Source: Nitrospirales bacterium (GTDB taxonomy: Bacteria > Nitrospirota > Nitrospiria > Nitrospirales > UBA8639). From it: a stretch of 64,000 bases of DNA. The stretch is taken from positions 2,528,001 to 2,592,000 of the forward strand of contig OY820905.2 of the NCBI GenBank assembly GCA_963555755.3, in the 5' to 3' direction. The position numbers and the translations under genes were made by a program. Every line of letters begins with the position of its first letter. Position 1 is the first letter of the stretch. The notes beneath the pieces were generated by a model that was not told the origin of the DNA, ran no database searches, and saw only the letters and a list, made by a program, of their open reading frames with translations. Positions 11,265 through 21,061 of this stretch are shown piece by piece.

Positions 11265-12733
11265 CAATACTGTTCACTTAGATATCTTCGGTGGTTTGAT
11301 GGATGGTGTCCAGTCAATTTGCGCAACGGGCGGTCTCGGACGTTTGTACGGTGCGTATGGAGAGTTTCGGCGTTTCACCATCCTCGGCTTGATTTTTCCA
11401 CGACTGGATTCACACAACAGTTTCGCCGTCGCCTCAAACAGCAGCCGATACCATGTTTTTTGGCGCTCAGGGGGGAAGGGCCCCAGATTGGGGCAGGGTT
11501 CGACGCACTAACTGCACCGTGGCCGTAAAAGATACCGTGCGGTCAGGGATGTCTGCCTGGGTGGCCCCTTGATACATCAACCAGCGCACGGCGTAGTGGG
11601 CCATCACCCATCCGTAGAACTCTTGACGCACCAACTCTGGCGTTTTACTGCGCAGGACGCGACGACGTTGCCTCAGGTGCGTCTTCAGCTCATCAAACAC
11701 CAATTCCACCTCCCAGCGCTCGTGATACAGTTGAGCCAGGTCCTGGGCGGGTGCGCCTTGGTCATCCAGCAGCGTGGTGACGAGACGGTACAGCGGTTCG
11801 CTATTGGGCCCCTGCGGTAAGACATACTCAATCACCCTGATGGCGATCCCATCAATTCGCTTTCTTCTGGCGCGTTCACTGGGATACAGATGGCTCAGGT
11901 ACGAGCCATCGTCCAACAGCTTGTCAACTGGAAGGATCAAGCTCTTCGGCATGCGCCAGAGTAGTTGCGCTCCGGTCTGAAGGCCGGCCTGCCAATGGGC
12001 GTACCCGACAAAGCCGCGATCGGCCATGCAGAGCATGTCGGGCGTGAGGCGACGCACCAAGGGCGCGGCCACCTCCCATTCGGCCTGCTTATAGGCCCCT
12101 AGTTCGGCATCCAAAATGGCGTGACTGGCACATTCCGTCAAAATGGCGCACTGGGCTTGGGGGTAGCCGGCCTGCCCGGTTCGGCTCCCTGGGTACCCAA
12201 AGACTTGCACATTGGCTTCCTCATCCGGGACCTCAAAGTTGGAGCCATCTATCGCGACGAGTCGGTAGCCTGCAAAAAAGGCGTGGGCATGCTCTGGACG
12301 AGCCAACGGGCGCAAGCAGCGCTGTCCAATGGCTTTCAGCGCCTTCCACGTCAGCCGTGAGCGGGCTTTGCTGATGGCTGATTTGACAACGGTCACGGGA
12401 GCAACGGGTTTGTGGTCTTTCCATGCCAGCCCTTGGGCCACAGCGGCAAACACCGCTTCGTACGCGGCCTCGCTGTATAAGCTCAACGCCATGGTGTAGT
12501 ACACCACGGCAGAAGCGGGAAAGGTGCGGACACGTTCACTGTTACAATGATGTGCGTCAAGTTCTTCGTTGATGATGGCCACCGGAAAGGCACGAGCCAG
12601 TAATCCCGTGCTCAAATAATCCGCCAATCGAGCCCCCGCCCCCAAGCCGACTTTCTTTCTTGCCATGTTGCCTCCTCCCAGATTACGTGTGGAGGCGAAG
12701 TATAACAGATTTTCATCTAAGTGAACAGTATTG
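11265..12733 (-). mobile_element. Complete IS4-family insertion sequence
   Basis: Perfect 19-bp TIR CAATACTGTTCACTTAGAT; 10-bp target duplication GGTCGGGTCT (11255-11264 / 12734-12743). Confidence 0.95.
11467..12666 (-). CDS. IS4-family DDE transposase
   Basis: LVAIDGS, MADRGF, LYHERWEVE..FDELK (YREK motif). Confidence 0.92.
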   Translation of the reverse strand: MARKKVGLGAGARLADYLSTGLLARAFPVAIINEELDAHHCNSERVRTFPASAVVYYTMALSLYSEAAYEAVFAAVAQGLAWKDHKPVAPVTVVKSAISKARSRLTWKALKAIGQRCLRPLARPEHAHAFFAGYRLVAIDGSNFEVPDEEANVQVFGYPGSRTGQAGYPQAQCAILTECASHAILDAELGAYKQAEWEVAAPLVRRLTPDMLCMADRGFVGYAHWQAGLQTGAQLLWRMPKSLILPVDKLLDDGSYLSHLYPSERARRKRIDGIAIRVIEYVLPQGPNSEPLYRLVTTLLDDQGAPAQDLAQLYHERWEVELVFDELKTHLRQRRRVLRSKTPELVRQEFYGWVMAHYAVRWLMYQGATQADIPDRTVSFTATVQLVRRTLPQSGALPP

Positions 12734-12860
12734 GGTCGGGTCTTGACTTAATACCTTTTTTCGCTCGAGCCAGCCGTGGCTGGCTTTCCTGAGTCTGGCT
12801 CAACATTCCACCATACCGATTAATTCCACATCATAGGATAGACCAAAAGAATAGAAAAGG
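12734..12860. mobile_element. MITE family A, copy 3 (inverted; IS4 inserted in one TIR, group II intron abutting the other end)
   Basis: Reverse complement of most of 3843-3993. Confidence 0.75.
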
Positions 12861-12964
12861 GTAGAGTAGAGCACTGGTGCTCACCTGGAGCTACTCTCGA
12901 ACGCTTCGACGCACGCGTCTACCACGGACCATAGCAGTCAGGAATTCCCAGCGCCCCCTCATCA

Positions 12965-14960
12965 GTAGGGTCGAGGACTGGCGCGCCAACGGTAGGGTTC
13001 GGTGGCTCCTCCACCCCTTTCGGAATGGGCCTCAGTCCGACTCCCCTGGTCACGGTTCCAGCCCCCGCCACCTCAAACCCGGCGTGCTGATTTCCAGCAC
13101 CGGGCTTTCCTGGATGCTTCACCTCAAGGGTTATGTGACCTATCGGTCTGGAAGTGCTTTCATGCCGACCCGCTGTACCGCACTCGGTAATCTCCATATA
13201 AGCCGAGTACCGTGTAGAGCCAAACCTTACTCCACCTCTTCCAGCCAAAACCTCGACGGTGGCGCACTCGCATCATGTGCCGCCGGACCTTCCGCTCCAC
13301 CCAATCCTTCACGTAGGATAAACACCGACTCGCATGCCCAATCCGAAAGTCGTTCACCCAGCCCCGTACGATCGGATTGATCATCGCGATCATCCGTCCC
13401 ACCGGCTGGGATTGCCCGCGTCGGAACACCTCCTTGAGCTTCCGCAGCAACGCGGTGCGCCGCTTCACCTTCGGTATGTACTGCGGGCGCCACACCCCAC
13501 GTCGCGACCGCACACGCCGGAAGTCAAAGCCCAAGAACCCGAAGCTCCCTCCCTGACTCAGGTCCACGATCCGGCTCTTCTCCTCATTCACCTGAAGGGC
13601 TCATTGGGCCAACGCCTCTCGCCGCTTCCGCTCCGCGACCTGCGCCAGTTGTGCGTGGCGGCGATAGCCATCCACTAACACGACGAGGTCATCCGCAAAC
13701 CGGGCATACTCGAGATACGTATACTGGCCCTGCCGGGTTGTCTCCTTCAGCTGCTCCAGCATCTCATCCACTTCCGTGAGATAGAGGTTGGCCAGCAGCG
13801 GGGAAATCACACCCCCTTGAGGCACCCCACGCGGGCCGGACGCCTTGACGATGAGTTTCACCAGCCGCAGGATCGCGGGATCCTGGATGCGTCGGGCCAC
13901 CTTCGCCAGCAGCCGGTCATGCCGCACCGTGTCGAAGAAGGCCGCCAGATCCACATCAATCACTCGCGTCTTGTTCTGCACCATCGCCTGAGCCACCCGG
14001 CCAATCGCCTGATGGGCTGTTCGTTTCGGTCGATACCCATACGACCCATCACGAAAATCCGCCTCAAAGATCGGTTCCAGCAGGAGCTTGAGCGCTCCCT
14101 GTACCACGCGGTCCCGAATCGCGGGTATCCCTACGACGCGGACTCGTCCACCGCCTTTCGAAATCTCCACGTGCCGGTTCCGCATCGGTCGGTAGGTCTG
14201 CGTGACCAGTTCGTCCCGTAGTCGTGCAAGAAAGGGCTCCACCCCCGTGGCCTCGATGACCGCAAACGTCACCCCATCAATGCCGGGGGCTCCGTTGTTC
14301 TTCTTCGCCATCGCATAGGCCGCGCGTAGCGTCGCCTCTTTGCACACGTGGATGTACAGGCCCCACACCCGCCATCGCTTCTCAGCCTTCGCCTTGACGT
14401 ACAGCCGCTGTCGCAGGTCTTGCAGTGAAATGGACGCCGTTGTCATCTCGTCCCTGCCTCCCATGTTGATCGCAGCCTACAGCCAGTAGGGCTCCTTTGC
14501 TCCACAGGCATTACCCTGTTTCCTCGCTCCTACGAGCCCCTCCGCCACCCTCTCGTCTTCGGCTCACTTCCCAGAGAGCTGGTTATAGAGCCGAAATCTT
14601 CCTCCAGGGATTTCTCCCTGGGACGAGGAGGGCTTCTCCAGTTGCGTCGTCTGTCCTTGCTCCCGTGCTGTCGCTCTCACCCCGCCGGAGTGGCCAGGCG
14701 TCTCAGCCTTGGTTCGCCTGTCCATGCCGTCTTCGTCCTACGGTCAGGGACTCGACCTCCGAGGTTTCATATTTTCGAGGCTACCACTGCGTTCACTTTC
14801 GTTACGGCCCGGGAACTCGCTTACCATCCCCGACGATGGCTTTGTCGATGGGCTTCAGCGTCTCGGTTTCTCTCCACGCTGCCATCCAAGCTACAGGGCT
14901 CAGGCTCTTACCCTGGTGGGCTTGCTTCCCACTGAACAGTCTCGCCTTACCTGGACACAC
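12965..14960 (-). mobile_element. Inner group II intron, copy 1
   Basis: 5' GTGTG; DV GAAAGCCCGGTGCTGGAAATCAGCACGCCGGGTTTGAGG; 3' end CGACCCTAC. Confidence 0.85.
13160..14476 (-). pseudogene. ltrA: Group II intron RT/maturase with an in-frame TGA at 13601-13603
   Basis: ORFs 13601-14464 and 13160-13591 are in the same frame; TTA in copy 2 corresponds to TGA here; PQGGVISP and YARFADD motifs. Confidence 0.9.
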
Positions 14961-15663
14961 AACCGTGCGTATGGTTTTCCCATACACGGCTTTCCGATGT
15001 TCTTCTTCCAGCGGCATGCGTCTGTCATCAGGCAATAGCCAAATTCAGACTTGGCCTTCTGAGATAGTTTCCTCTGTAGTGTCCTGATCGTGCTCGGGGT
15101 GGTTAGCGCAATGGCAATCCCCTGATCCTCCACTCGTCGGAAACGTGAACAAAGTAGGGTCCCTTCCCTCGGGCCGGGTTGTGTTGTCCCAGGCTCTCCA
15201 ACGGTACGATGAACCCCTCCGACTCCCACGACGGCCCGCAGCGATTTCGGTATCCCTTATACGCCTCAGTTGCTGGTTCTGCGCCAGCACCGTCGCGGGT
15301 CTCCCGTCCTGCACGGTGTCTCTTCCGCCACATGCCATCCCTGCTACCCCGGAAGATCCTGAGGGTGGGTGTTCGTTCTGCTCCCTCAGACAGCGGCCTT
15401 CCCCTTCTGACCACAGGGTCGGCATCTCCAATTCGTTTACGAGGCTACATCTAGGTTCGCTTGCGCTACGGCCTGCGGCTTCGCCCATGGGAAACTTCAA
15501 CCCCTGATTACTCAGACGCCGCTTCCCGGTACTAGAAAGGTGTACGAACAACTCCTTTCGCGGGACTTCAACCCGCGAGACACACCGCCGATGACGGCAT
15601 GCGGTCAGACCCGGTTTTTTTGGGAAACTCGGCTAGGAAGGTTTTCTAATCGGTGAAAAAATA

Positions 15664-15710
15664 TGGTGGGTCGTGCAGGGATCGAACCTGTGGCCCGCTG
15701 ATGAAGAGTC
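15664..15710 (-). pseudogene. Degenerate 3' half of tRNA-Lys(CTT); att-like site 1
   Basis: Minus strand GACTCTTCATCAGCGGGCCACAGGTTCGATCCCTGCACGACCCACCA: anticodon arm, T-loop and CCA; no 5' half. Confidence 0.75.
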
Positions 15711-15992
15711 CGAAAGATACCGATTCTGCGCAACCCAGCGCAACACAAGACACTGATAATTCAGAGGATGATCATGAACCAAGGTAACCTTGGAGTGACT
15801 TGGTGTGCCTACGGTTGGCACCAACTTGGCCCCAAATTAGTTATGGAACCTTAGTCAAACCAATTGGGAAAAACTATCCACCATGCTAATGACCCGGGCG
15901 TCGGCAAATAGTCTTGGAGACTCTAAGATGTACGTGATAGACATGAAAGTAATCATGACTGGAAAGAGCGCCCCGGCAGGCTGAAATATTCA

Positions 15993-16135
15993 AGGGCACC
16001 TCTAAAAACCAGGCATTTTTTGTGAGGGCAAGGAAGCCGCGCGCGGAAAACCGGAGTGTATGGGCGAATACATGAGGATTTGAGCACGCGGCTGACGCCG
16101 CCATCACGGAAAAGGACGGTTTTTAGAGGTGCCCT
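15993..16135. repeat. Palindromic REP/MITE, family R3
   Basis: TIR AGGGCACCTCTAAAAACC...GGTTTTTAGAGGTGCCCT; an isolated end also at ~18594-18609. Confidence 0.8.
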
Positions 16136-16582
16136 CAAGTATTTCAAGGGAGGTGAATTAAAAGAAGGGACAAGTACATAATGGCCAAATGCGAATGCGT
16201 ATACACTTTTGGACTACGCAACTATGAGTATTTCCATTTTAGCTGGACACTTTTAAACTTACACCTCTGAGGTGGGTTTTAAATAAATTTATAAAAAGAG
16301 GCTTAGGATTCCTAATCACCCTCATTATTAATAAATCGGTGGAACTTTCTCATGAGGTACTTTATTTGGAGTGTTTTATCGGGGTGAAGCATGGGGATAG
16401 CATTGCATTTTCTCTTTAATCCAAGCGTAGCAATTGCTCAGACTTATGGGGTTTTTCATGAATGTGACAGGCACCTTGAGGAAGTTATCCTAGGCTATGG
16501 AATACGAATATAATTTTTTTATTTATTAGCGAGTCTAAAAAATCATGATGGCAAGACCCTCCCAACCAACATCTTTCATCCC

Positions 16583-18184
16583 ATGCCATTACGAGGTGAA
16601 GAGACAATGAAAGGAACTTTTTGTATGAATTCGAATCCGCATATACCATATGGCTGGCCCGCTTGGGCATTATTGGTAATATTCTTGGTTGCTCCATCAT
16701 GCGCAAATGAAACAAGGAGTTGGGAAAGACAGGAAATAAGGAGTTGGGAAAAGAATATCTTCTCCGGAGAGAGAGCATATCAGGAACATCGCTATAAGGA
16801 AGCAGAGGAGCGATTTAAGGAAGCCCTCGAGGAAGCTGAAACTTTTGAAGAACAAGACCCACGTGTGGCTACCAGCCTCAATAATCTCGCAGTTCTATAT
16901 AGTGCCCAAGGGAAGTATGCTGAAGCAGAGCCCCTTCAAAAGCGCGCTCTTATGATTCGAAAGAAGGTGCTAGAACCTAGCCACCCTGACATTGCCCAAG
17001 GCCTAAATAACCTAGCGCTCATTCATCATCACAGGGGCCAATATAGTGAAGCGGAGGTCCTGTATCAGGAGGCCTTGGCCATTTGGGAAAAAACATTGGG
17101 AACCAACCATCAAAGAGTAGCTCTCTGTCTATCTAATTTAGGAGGGGTTTACTATTCCCAAGGCCATTACGCTAAGGCTGAGCCCCTATACCAGCGTGTT
17201 TTGGCAATTCAGAAAAAATCCCTTGGACCAGAAGATCTGCGAGTAGCCACTACTCTCAATAATTTAGCTAAACTTAATGAGGCCTTGGGGAGAAATACAA
17301 AGGTTGCCCTATTATTACAAGAATCCCTTCAGATTCAGGAAGAAACCCTCGGTCCGGAACATCCTGTGGTAGCAACAAACCTGATGAATTTGGGAGACAT
17401 CTACCGTAGACAAAGCCAGTATGACAAAAGCCTCGCCTCCTTTGAACGAAGTTTGGTTATTCGTGAGAAAGTCTTGGGTCCTGAGCATCCTGATGTGGGT
17501 GAAAGCCTGACTGCTCTTGCCCTTCTGCATCAAGAACAGGGTAAATATGCAGAAGCCGGACTTGCCTACGAAAGGGTCTTAACTTTTCAGGAAAAAACCC
17601 TCGGTCCGGAACATCCTGTGGTAGCAACAAACCTGATGAATTTGGGAGACATCTACCATAAACAAAGTCAGTATGACAAAAGCCTCGCCTCCTTTGAACG
17701 AAGTTTGGTTATTCGTGAAAAAGTCTTGGGCCCTGAGCATCCTGATGTGGGTGAAAGCCTGACTGCTCTTGCCCTTCTGCATCAAGAACAGGGTAGATAT
17801 GCAGAAGCCGAACTTGCCTACGAAAGGGCCTTAACTATTCAGGAAAAAACCTTAGGATTCGAGCACCTGGATGTAGCCTCAAGCCTTACTAATTTGGCTT
17901 TTGTTTACCAAGCCCATGGCAAGTATACGGATGCAAGAGAACGCCATCATCAAGCCTTAGCTATTAAGGAAAAAATGTTGGGATCCGAACATTCAGATTT
18001 GATCCCCACCCTCAATCACCTCTCCAGCGTCTACCAAGAACAAGCCCTGGCTATTGCGGAAAAGGTTGAGAAGCAAAAGAATCTGGTAAAAACCAACAAA
18101 TTAAAGAATGAAGACTTTCTGCCAGAAAACCCCCAACTAAGTCCTAACTCTGAAAACCTCGACTCCCAAGGCCAGGGAGTGTAG
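16583..18184 (+). CDS. Tetratricopeptide-repeat protein (42-aa kinesin-light-chain-type repeats), probably exported; start uncertain
   Basis: Repeats of HPDVA.SLNNLA.LY..QGKYAEAE.LY.RAL.I.EK.LG; hydrophobic N-terminal segment. Confidence 0.9.
   Translation: MPLRGEETMKGTFCMNSNPHIPYGWPAWALLVIFLVAPSCANETRSWERQEIRSWEKNIFSGERAYQEHRYKEAEERFKEALEEAETFEEQDPRVATSLNNLAVLYSAQGKYAEAEPLQKRALMIRKKVLEPSHPDIAQGLNNLALIHHHRGQYSEAEVLYQEALAIWEKTLGTNHQRVALCLSNLGGVYYSQGHYAKAEPLYQRVLAIQKKSLGPEDLRVATTLNNLAKLNEALGRNTKVALLLQESLQIQEETLGPEHPVVATNLMNLGDIYRRQSQYDKSLASFERSLVIREKVLGPEHPDVGESLTALALLHQEQGKYAEAGLAYERVLTFQEKTLGPEHPVVATNLMNLGDIYHKQSQYDKSLASFERSLVIREKVLGPEHPDVGESLTALALLHQEQGRYAEAELAYERALTIQEKTLGFEHLDVASSLTNLAFVYQAHGKYTDARERHHQALAIKEKMLGSEHSDLIPTLNHLSSVYQEQALAIAEKVEKQKNLVKTNKLKNEDFLPENPQLSPNSENLDSQGQGV
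17343..17846 (+). repeat. Near-identical 252-bp tandem duplication inside the TPR gene
   Basis: AAACCCTCGGTCCGGAACATCC at 17343 and 17595; unit = two 42-aa repeats. Confidence 0.9.
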
Positions 18185-18882
18185 TCGCCCCTGGCCTTGC
18201 CATACAAGACTTCCCTTATCGATAGCACCCGCCCGAGATGCATCCACACTTTCGGGGCCAGACCAACAAGGTACGAATCGTGTCTGGGCAAACCTTGTTC
18301 TTTTGCAGTTAACCAGGTTGCGATTTCTACCCCATTGCTGATGGAATGTTCTTCAACAGCTGCTAGTTTCTATGTGACCAAGGACTAAGAATCCTGGCGT
18401 CATCCGAACGCCTGGTTTGATCCGGTCTCTGGAAAAGCTGTGGCGGAATTGTAGCAGCGGAGACGGGACTGTGGGGATTGGGATTGTAAAGAGCAGCTGA
18501 TAGCGTATCAGCTTCAGATAAAGAGTCAATTACAAGCAGTTTTTGTAAGGGTTTGATTGCAAACCAGGTTTCCCGTTTCTCAAGAAAAACGAAGTTTTAG
18601 AGGTGCCCTTTAGTCTGTTACGGGAATTCTAGCACAAATTTAGCACACCATTCGTCCATAACAAATTCCTAATTAACCGAAAACCAAAGTCTGAAACAGA
18701 GCTTGTCAATGTGACCGTGAGGCTGCATGAGTTTTTTGACCATACGGGATGTCAATACCTCAAAAGAAGGAGAAGATATCGAGTGCTTATTTCAGCAAAG
18801 TTTTTAGTAGGTACACGAGGCATGTAGGGTGAGAAATTGCGGACATTCCGACAATGTCCAAATAAACTATAACGAGGAAAGC

Positions 18883-19287
18883 TCAACCAGTTTGGGCAGA
18901 TTTTTGCTCGTAAAACCAACCGAAGTACACTAATAGGTCACGCAGGGTGACTATCCCGATCACTTTCCCTGCTTCACGGACAACCAGATGACGGACCCCA
19001 AGATCTTTCATCATTTCAAGGGCATTCTGAAGGCTGTTGGTTCCCTCGATACTATGGGTAGGGGAGGTCATCACATCCTTTGCGGTAGTCGTCGCGAAAT
19101 CCTTTCCGTGAGCCACCACTTTTCCAATGATATCCCATTCGGTCACTATTCCAACAATTTCTCCATTCCATTCTACGAGAAGAGCGCCTACTCGATGATC
19201 ACGAAATTTTTGTGCTACCTCAACGATTGATGTTTGAGCCTGAGTTTTTTTGAGATACCGGCTCATGACCCGGGAAAGTGTGGGCAT
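18883..19287 (-). CDS. CBS-domain pair protein
   Basis: HRVGALLV..IVGIVTEWDI..AKDVMTSP..GVRHLVV..VIGIVTLRDL. Confidence 0.9.
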   Translation of the reverse strand: MPTLSRVMSRYLKKTQAQTSIVEVAQKFRDHRVGALLVEWNGEIVGIVTEWDIIGKVVAHGKDFATTTAKDVMTSPTHSIEGTNSLQNALEMMKDLGVRHLVVREAGKVIGIVTLRDLLVYFGWFYEQKSAQTG

Positions 19288-19446
19288 GGATGTTTAAACC
19301 TTTATGGTTGAGAATTCCTGCTTCTCAAAAAAAACTTATGGGCAATTTCCCAACACGGTTACAATGAAAAAGAGTATTCGGCGTCAAATCTTCAAAACCG
19401 AAATAACCGAATGTCGAAGGTACCCTGGGTGCAATCCGGGCTTTTA

Positions 19447-19605
19447 AGGGTTCGCGCAAGAATAACTTCACATTTGGGGGTGTTGAGACGCCTGTCTGGC
19501 AAGGCGCGAGGACTGCGCATACTCCTCGTATGGAAGGGACGAGCAACGCCGCCAGACGGGATGGATCGACGCCCAAAGATGTGAAGTTATTCTTGCGCGA
19601 ACCCT
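19447..19605. repeat. REP/MITE family R1, copy 2
   Basis: Inverted copy of 3103-3261; overlaps the YHS gene stop codon. Confidence 0.9.
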
Positions 19606-20017
19606 AAGTTTCGGTGGAACAACACCCCGCCTGGCCGAATACGCCTTCGTAAGGGATCTCACCTTGTAATCGTTTGACGTAATGATCAGGATCCTTTTGA
19701 AACACTTCCGGACAATACGGGCATCGGCAAAAAAACACGTCCCATCCCCGGATTTCCATGCGCACGGTCCACTGTACCGGTTTTTCCGCTAAACAGGTGG
19801 GGCACACAACGAGGTCACGGGTTTCCTGAAGGTATTTTGAAGGTTCCTGATCAAAAAGATCGGCGCAACCCTGGCAGCAAAAGAAATACTCTTTGCCTTC
19901 GTAGTGGCTTGTGGCCCAGCGATCCGCTCCGATTCCCAATCGGATCAAAGAACAACCACAGGTGGGACAAATGGAAGTGACTATTGTTTTTGCCGAGCTT
20001 GAGAGGTCACTTGTCAT
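19604..20017 (-). CDS. Cys-rich tandem YHS/TRASH-domain metal-binding protein
   Basis: CPTCGCSL..YEGKEYFFCCQGC..F..EPSKY and CPTC..VFFCRCPYC..F.KDPDHY; C-terminal CC. Confidence 0.85.
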   Translation of the reverse strand: MTSDLSSSAKTIVTSICPTCGCSLIRLGIGADRWATSHYEGKEYFFCCQGCADLFDQEPSKYLQETRDLVVCPTCLAEKPVQWTVRMEIRGWDVFFCRCPYCPEVFQKDPDHYVKRLQGEIPYEGVFGQAGCCSTET

Positions 20018-20195
20018 TGCTTTGGCCTTTTTCTTTTTCACTCAATTCAGCGTAACCTGATGATTCCTTTTTTTTGGGAAATAAATCCACCACGAAATCA
20101 ATCAGTGATTGCAATTTGCTTCTCGTGCATTCACAGGCTTCTTCATCAGAAACGCTTTCTTCTTCTACCTTGTCCCAATCCACATATTTTTTCAT
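20007..20195 (-). CDS. Small hypothetical protein (62 aa, CEC motif), translationally coupled to the hgcA-like gene
   Basis: ATGA overlap with the upstream stop; also overlaps the YHS start. Confidence 0.65.
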   Translation of the reverse strand: MKKYVDWDKVEEESVSDEEACECTRSKLQSLIDFVVDLFPKKKESSGYAELSEKEKGQSNDK

Positions 20196-21061
20196 AGCAA
20201 CAACGTGCCTCCATACACCAGAGCCAAAAAAGCGAATATCCCGGCAAAAAGCTTCCCGGACTTCTGATTTTGCCCTAAATGTGAATGACCTTGCGCATCA
20301 TAGCCAATATAGGCGCTCAAAGCCATAATTCCCATGGAAGCCTGGATTTTCAAAACCGGGTCTGTTTCGGAAGTCAATATAAGAGCCAGCACCGGCAGGG
20401 AAAGCACTAGCCCTTTGTATAGCAATCTATCTATCGGAATAAAATGCTCAATTAATTGCATGCTGAAAGCAAAGTACCAGACTAAAGCAATTCCTTGAAT
20501 CCACCAATCGGAAGCGAACATAAGTATTGGGAGAATACAGACTAACGTGCAGAAAACGGCATGACTGAGACCCATTTTAAAACGCTCCCAATACCCATAT
20601 TCTAGTGCCTGCATATCCTTATTTTTGGTCAACCCATTATTTAAAAAATCCTTTAAATCAGTAAAATACACCGGGCCATATATGCCTTCCCAGCCTTGCT
20701 CTTTAAGAGCTTTTCTTTTGATTCCAGACGCGGACAATTGCGGCAGTATTAACCGATTATGATTGACCCGTTCCCCTACATTGTAAACCTTCAAGTGGGA
20801 AAGAACTGTTTCGGCTGTAAAAATACGTTCGGCAGCTGCACACCAGACATTGGTTCCGTTTGTATTGACGACTAAAAGAAAACAATCTAAAGCCTCTTTT
20901 TCCAGATATTCCTTGAGATGTCTCACCGTATAATCGAAATTACAGGTGACGAGAATAGGGGAAGATTTGTCTGGGTTGCCGATAGCCACTGTTTCAGGTT
21001 CACACGGAAATCGGACAAATCGAAAAAGGGTTTGATAGATGTCTTTAATCCAGCCAATCAT
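20192..21061 (-). CDS. HgcA-like corrinoid-binding membrane protein (CdhD/CFeSP-like N-terminal domain + several TM helices)
   Basis: IGNPDKSSPILVTCNF, cap-helix motif TNGTNVWCAAAE (20828-20851), HNRLILPQLSASG, YGPV; hydrophobic C-terminal half. Symbol withheld because the motif deviates from N(V/I)WCA(A/G)GK and hgcB is absent. Confidence 0.88.
   Translation of the reverse strand: MIGWIKDIYQTLFRFVRFPCEPETVAIGNPDKSSPILVTCNFDYTVRHLKEYLEKEALDCFLLVVNTNGTNVWCAAAERIFTAETVLSHLKVYNVGERVNHNRLILPQLSASGIKRKALKEQGWEGIYGPVYFTDLKDFLNNGLTKNKDMQALEYGYWERFKMGLSHAVFCTLVCILPILMFASDWWIQGIALVWYFAFSMQLIEHFIPIDRLLYKGLVLSLPVLALILTSETDPVLKIQASMGIMALSAYIGYDAQGHSHLGQNQKSGKLFAGIFAFLALVYGGTLLL

Larger units (their letters stand above)
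12861..15610 (-). mobile_element. Group II twintron copy 1: ORF-less outer intron (~754 nt) containing the inner intron 12965-14960
   Basis: Outer DV GAAAGCCGTGTATGGGAAAACCATACGCACGGTT|TGATGAGGGG split by the inner intron; outer DVI ends CTCTACTCTAC; boundaries match copy 2. Confidence 0.85.

Noticed and set aside
13601..13603. Selenocysteine or readthrough at the TGA in RT copy 1 (and pyrrolysine at the TAG at 23903)
   Set aside because: Copy 2 has Leu (TTA) at this position and neighbouring codons are also mutated; the TAG gene has further disruptions. Simple decay is more parsimonious.
14497..15551. Multiple 100-245 aa ORFs here and at 56823-58024
   Set aside because: They overlap structured intron RNA and have no recognisable protein motifs apart from the short RT stub.
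15664..15710. Functional tRNA genes here and at 27312-27367
   Set aside because: The 5' acceptor strand and most or all of the D arm are missing and the anticodon loops are mutated.
18190..18600. Possible transposase remnant downstream of the TPR gene
   Set aside because: No motif could be assigned with confidence by eye.
20192..21061. Calling this a bona fide hgcA of a confirmed mercury methylator
   Set aside because: The motif ends AAE rather than (A/G)GK and there is no hgcB in the window; activity cannot be inferred from sequence.
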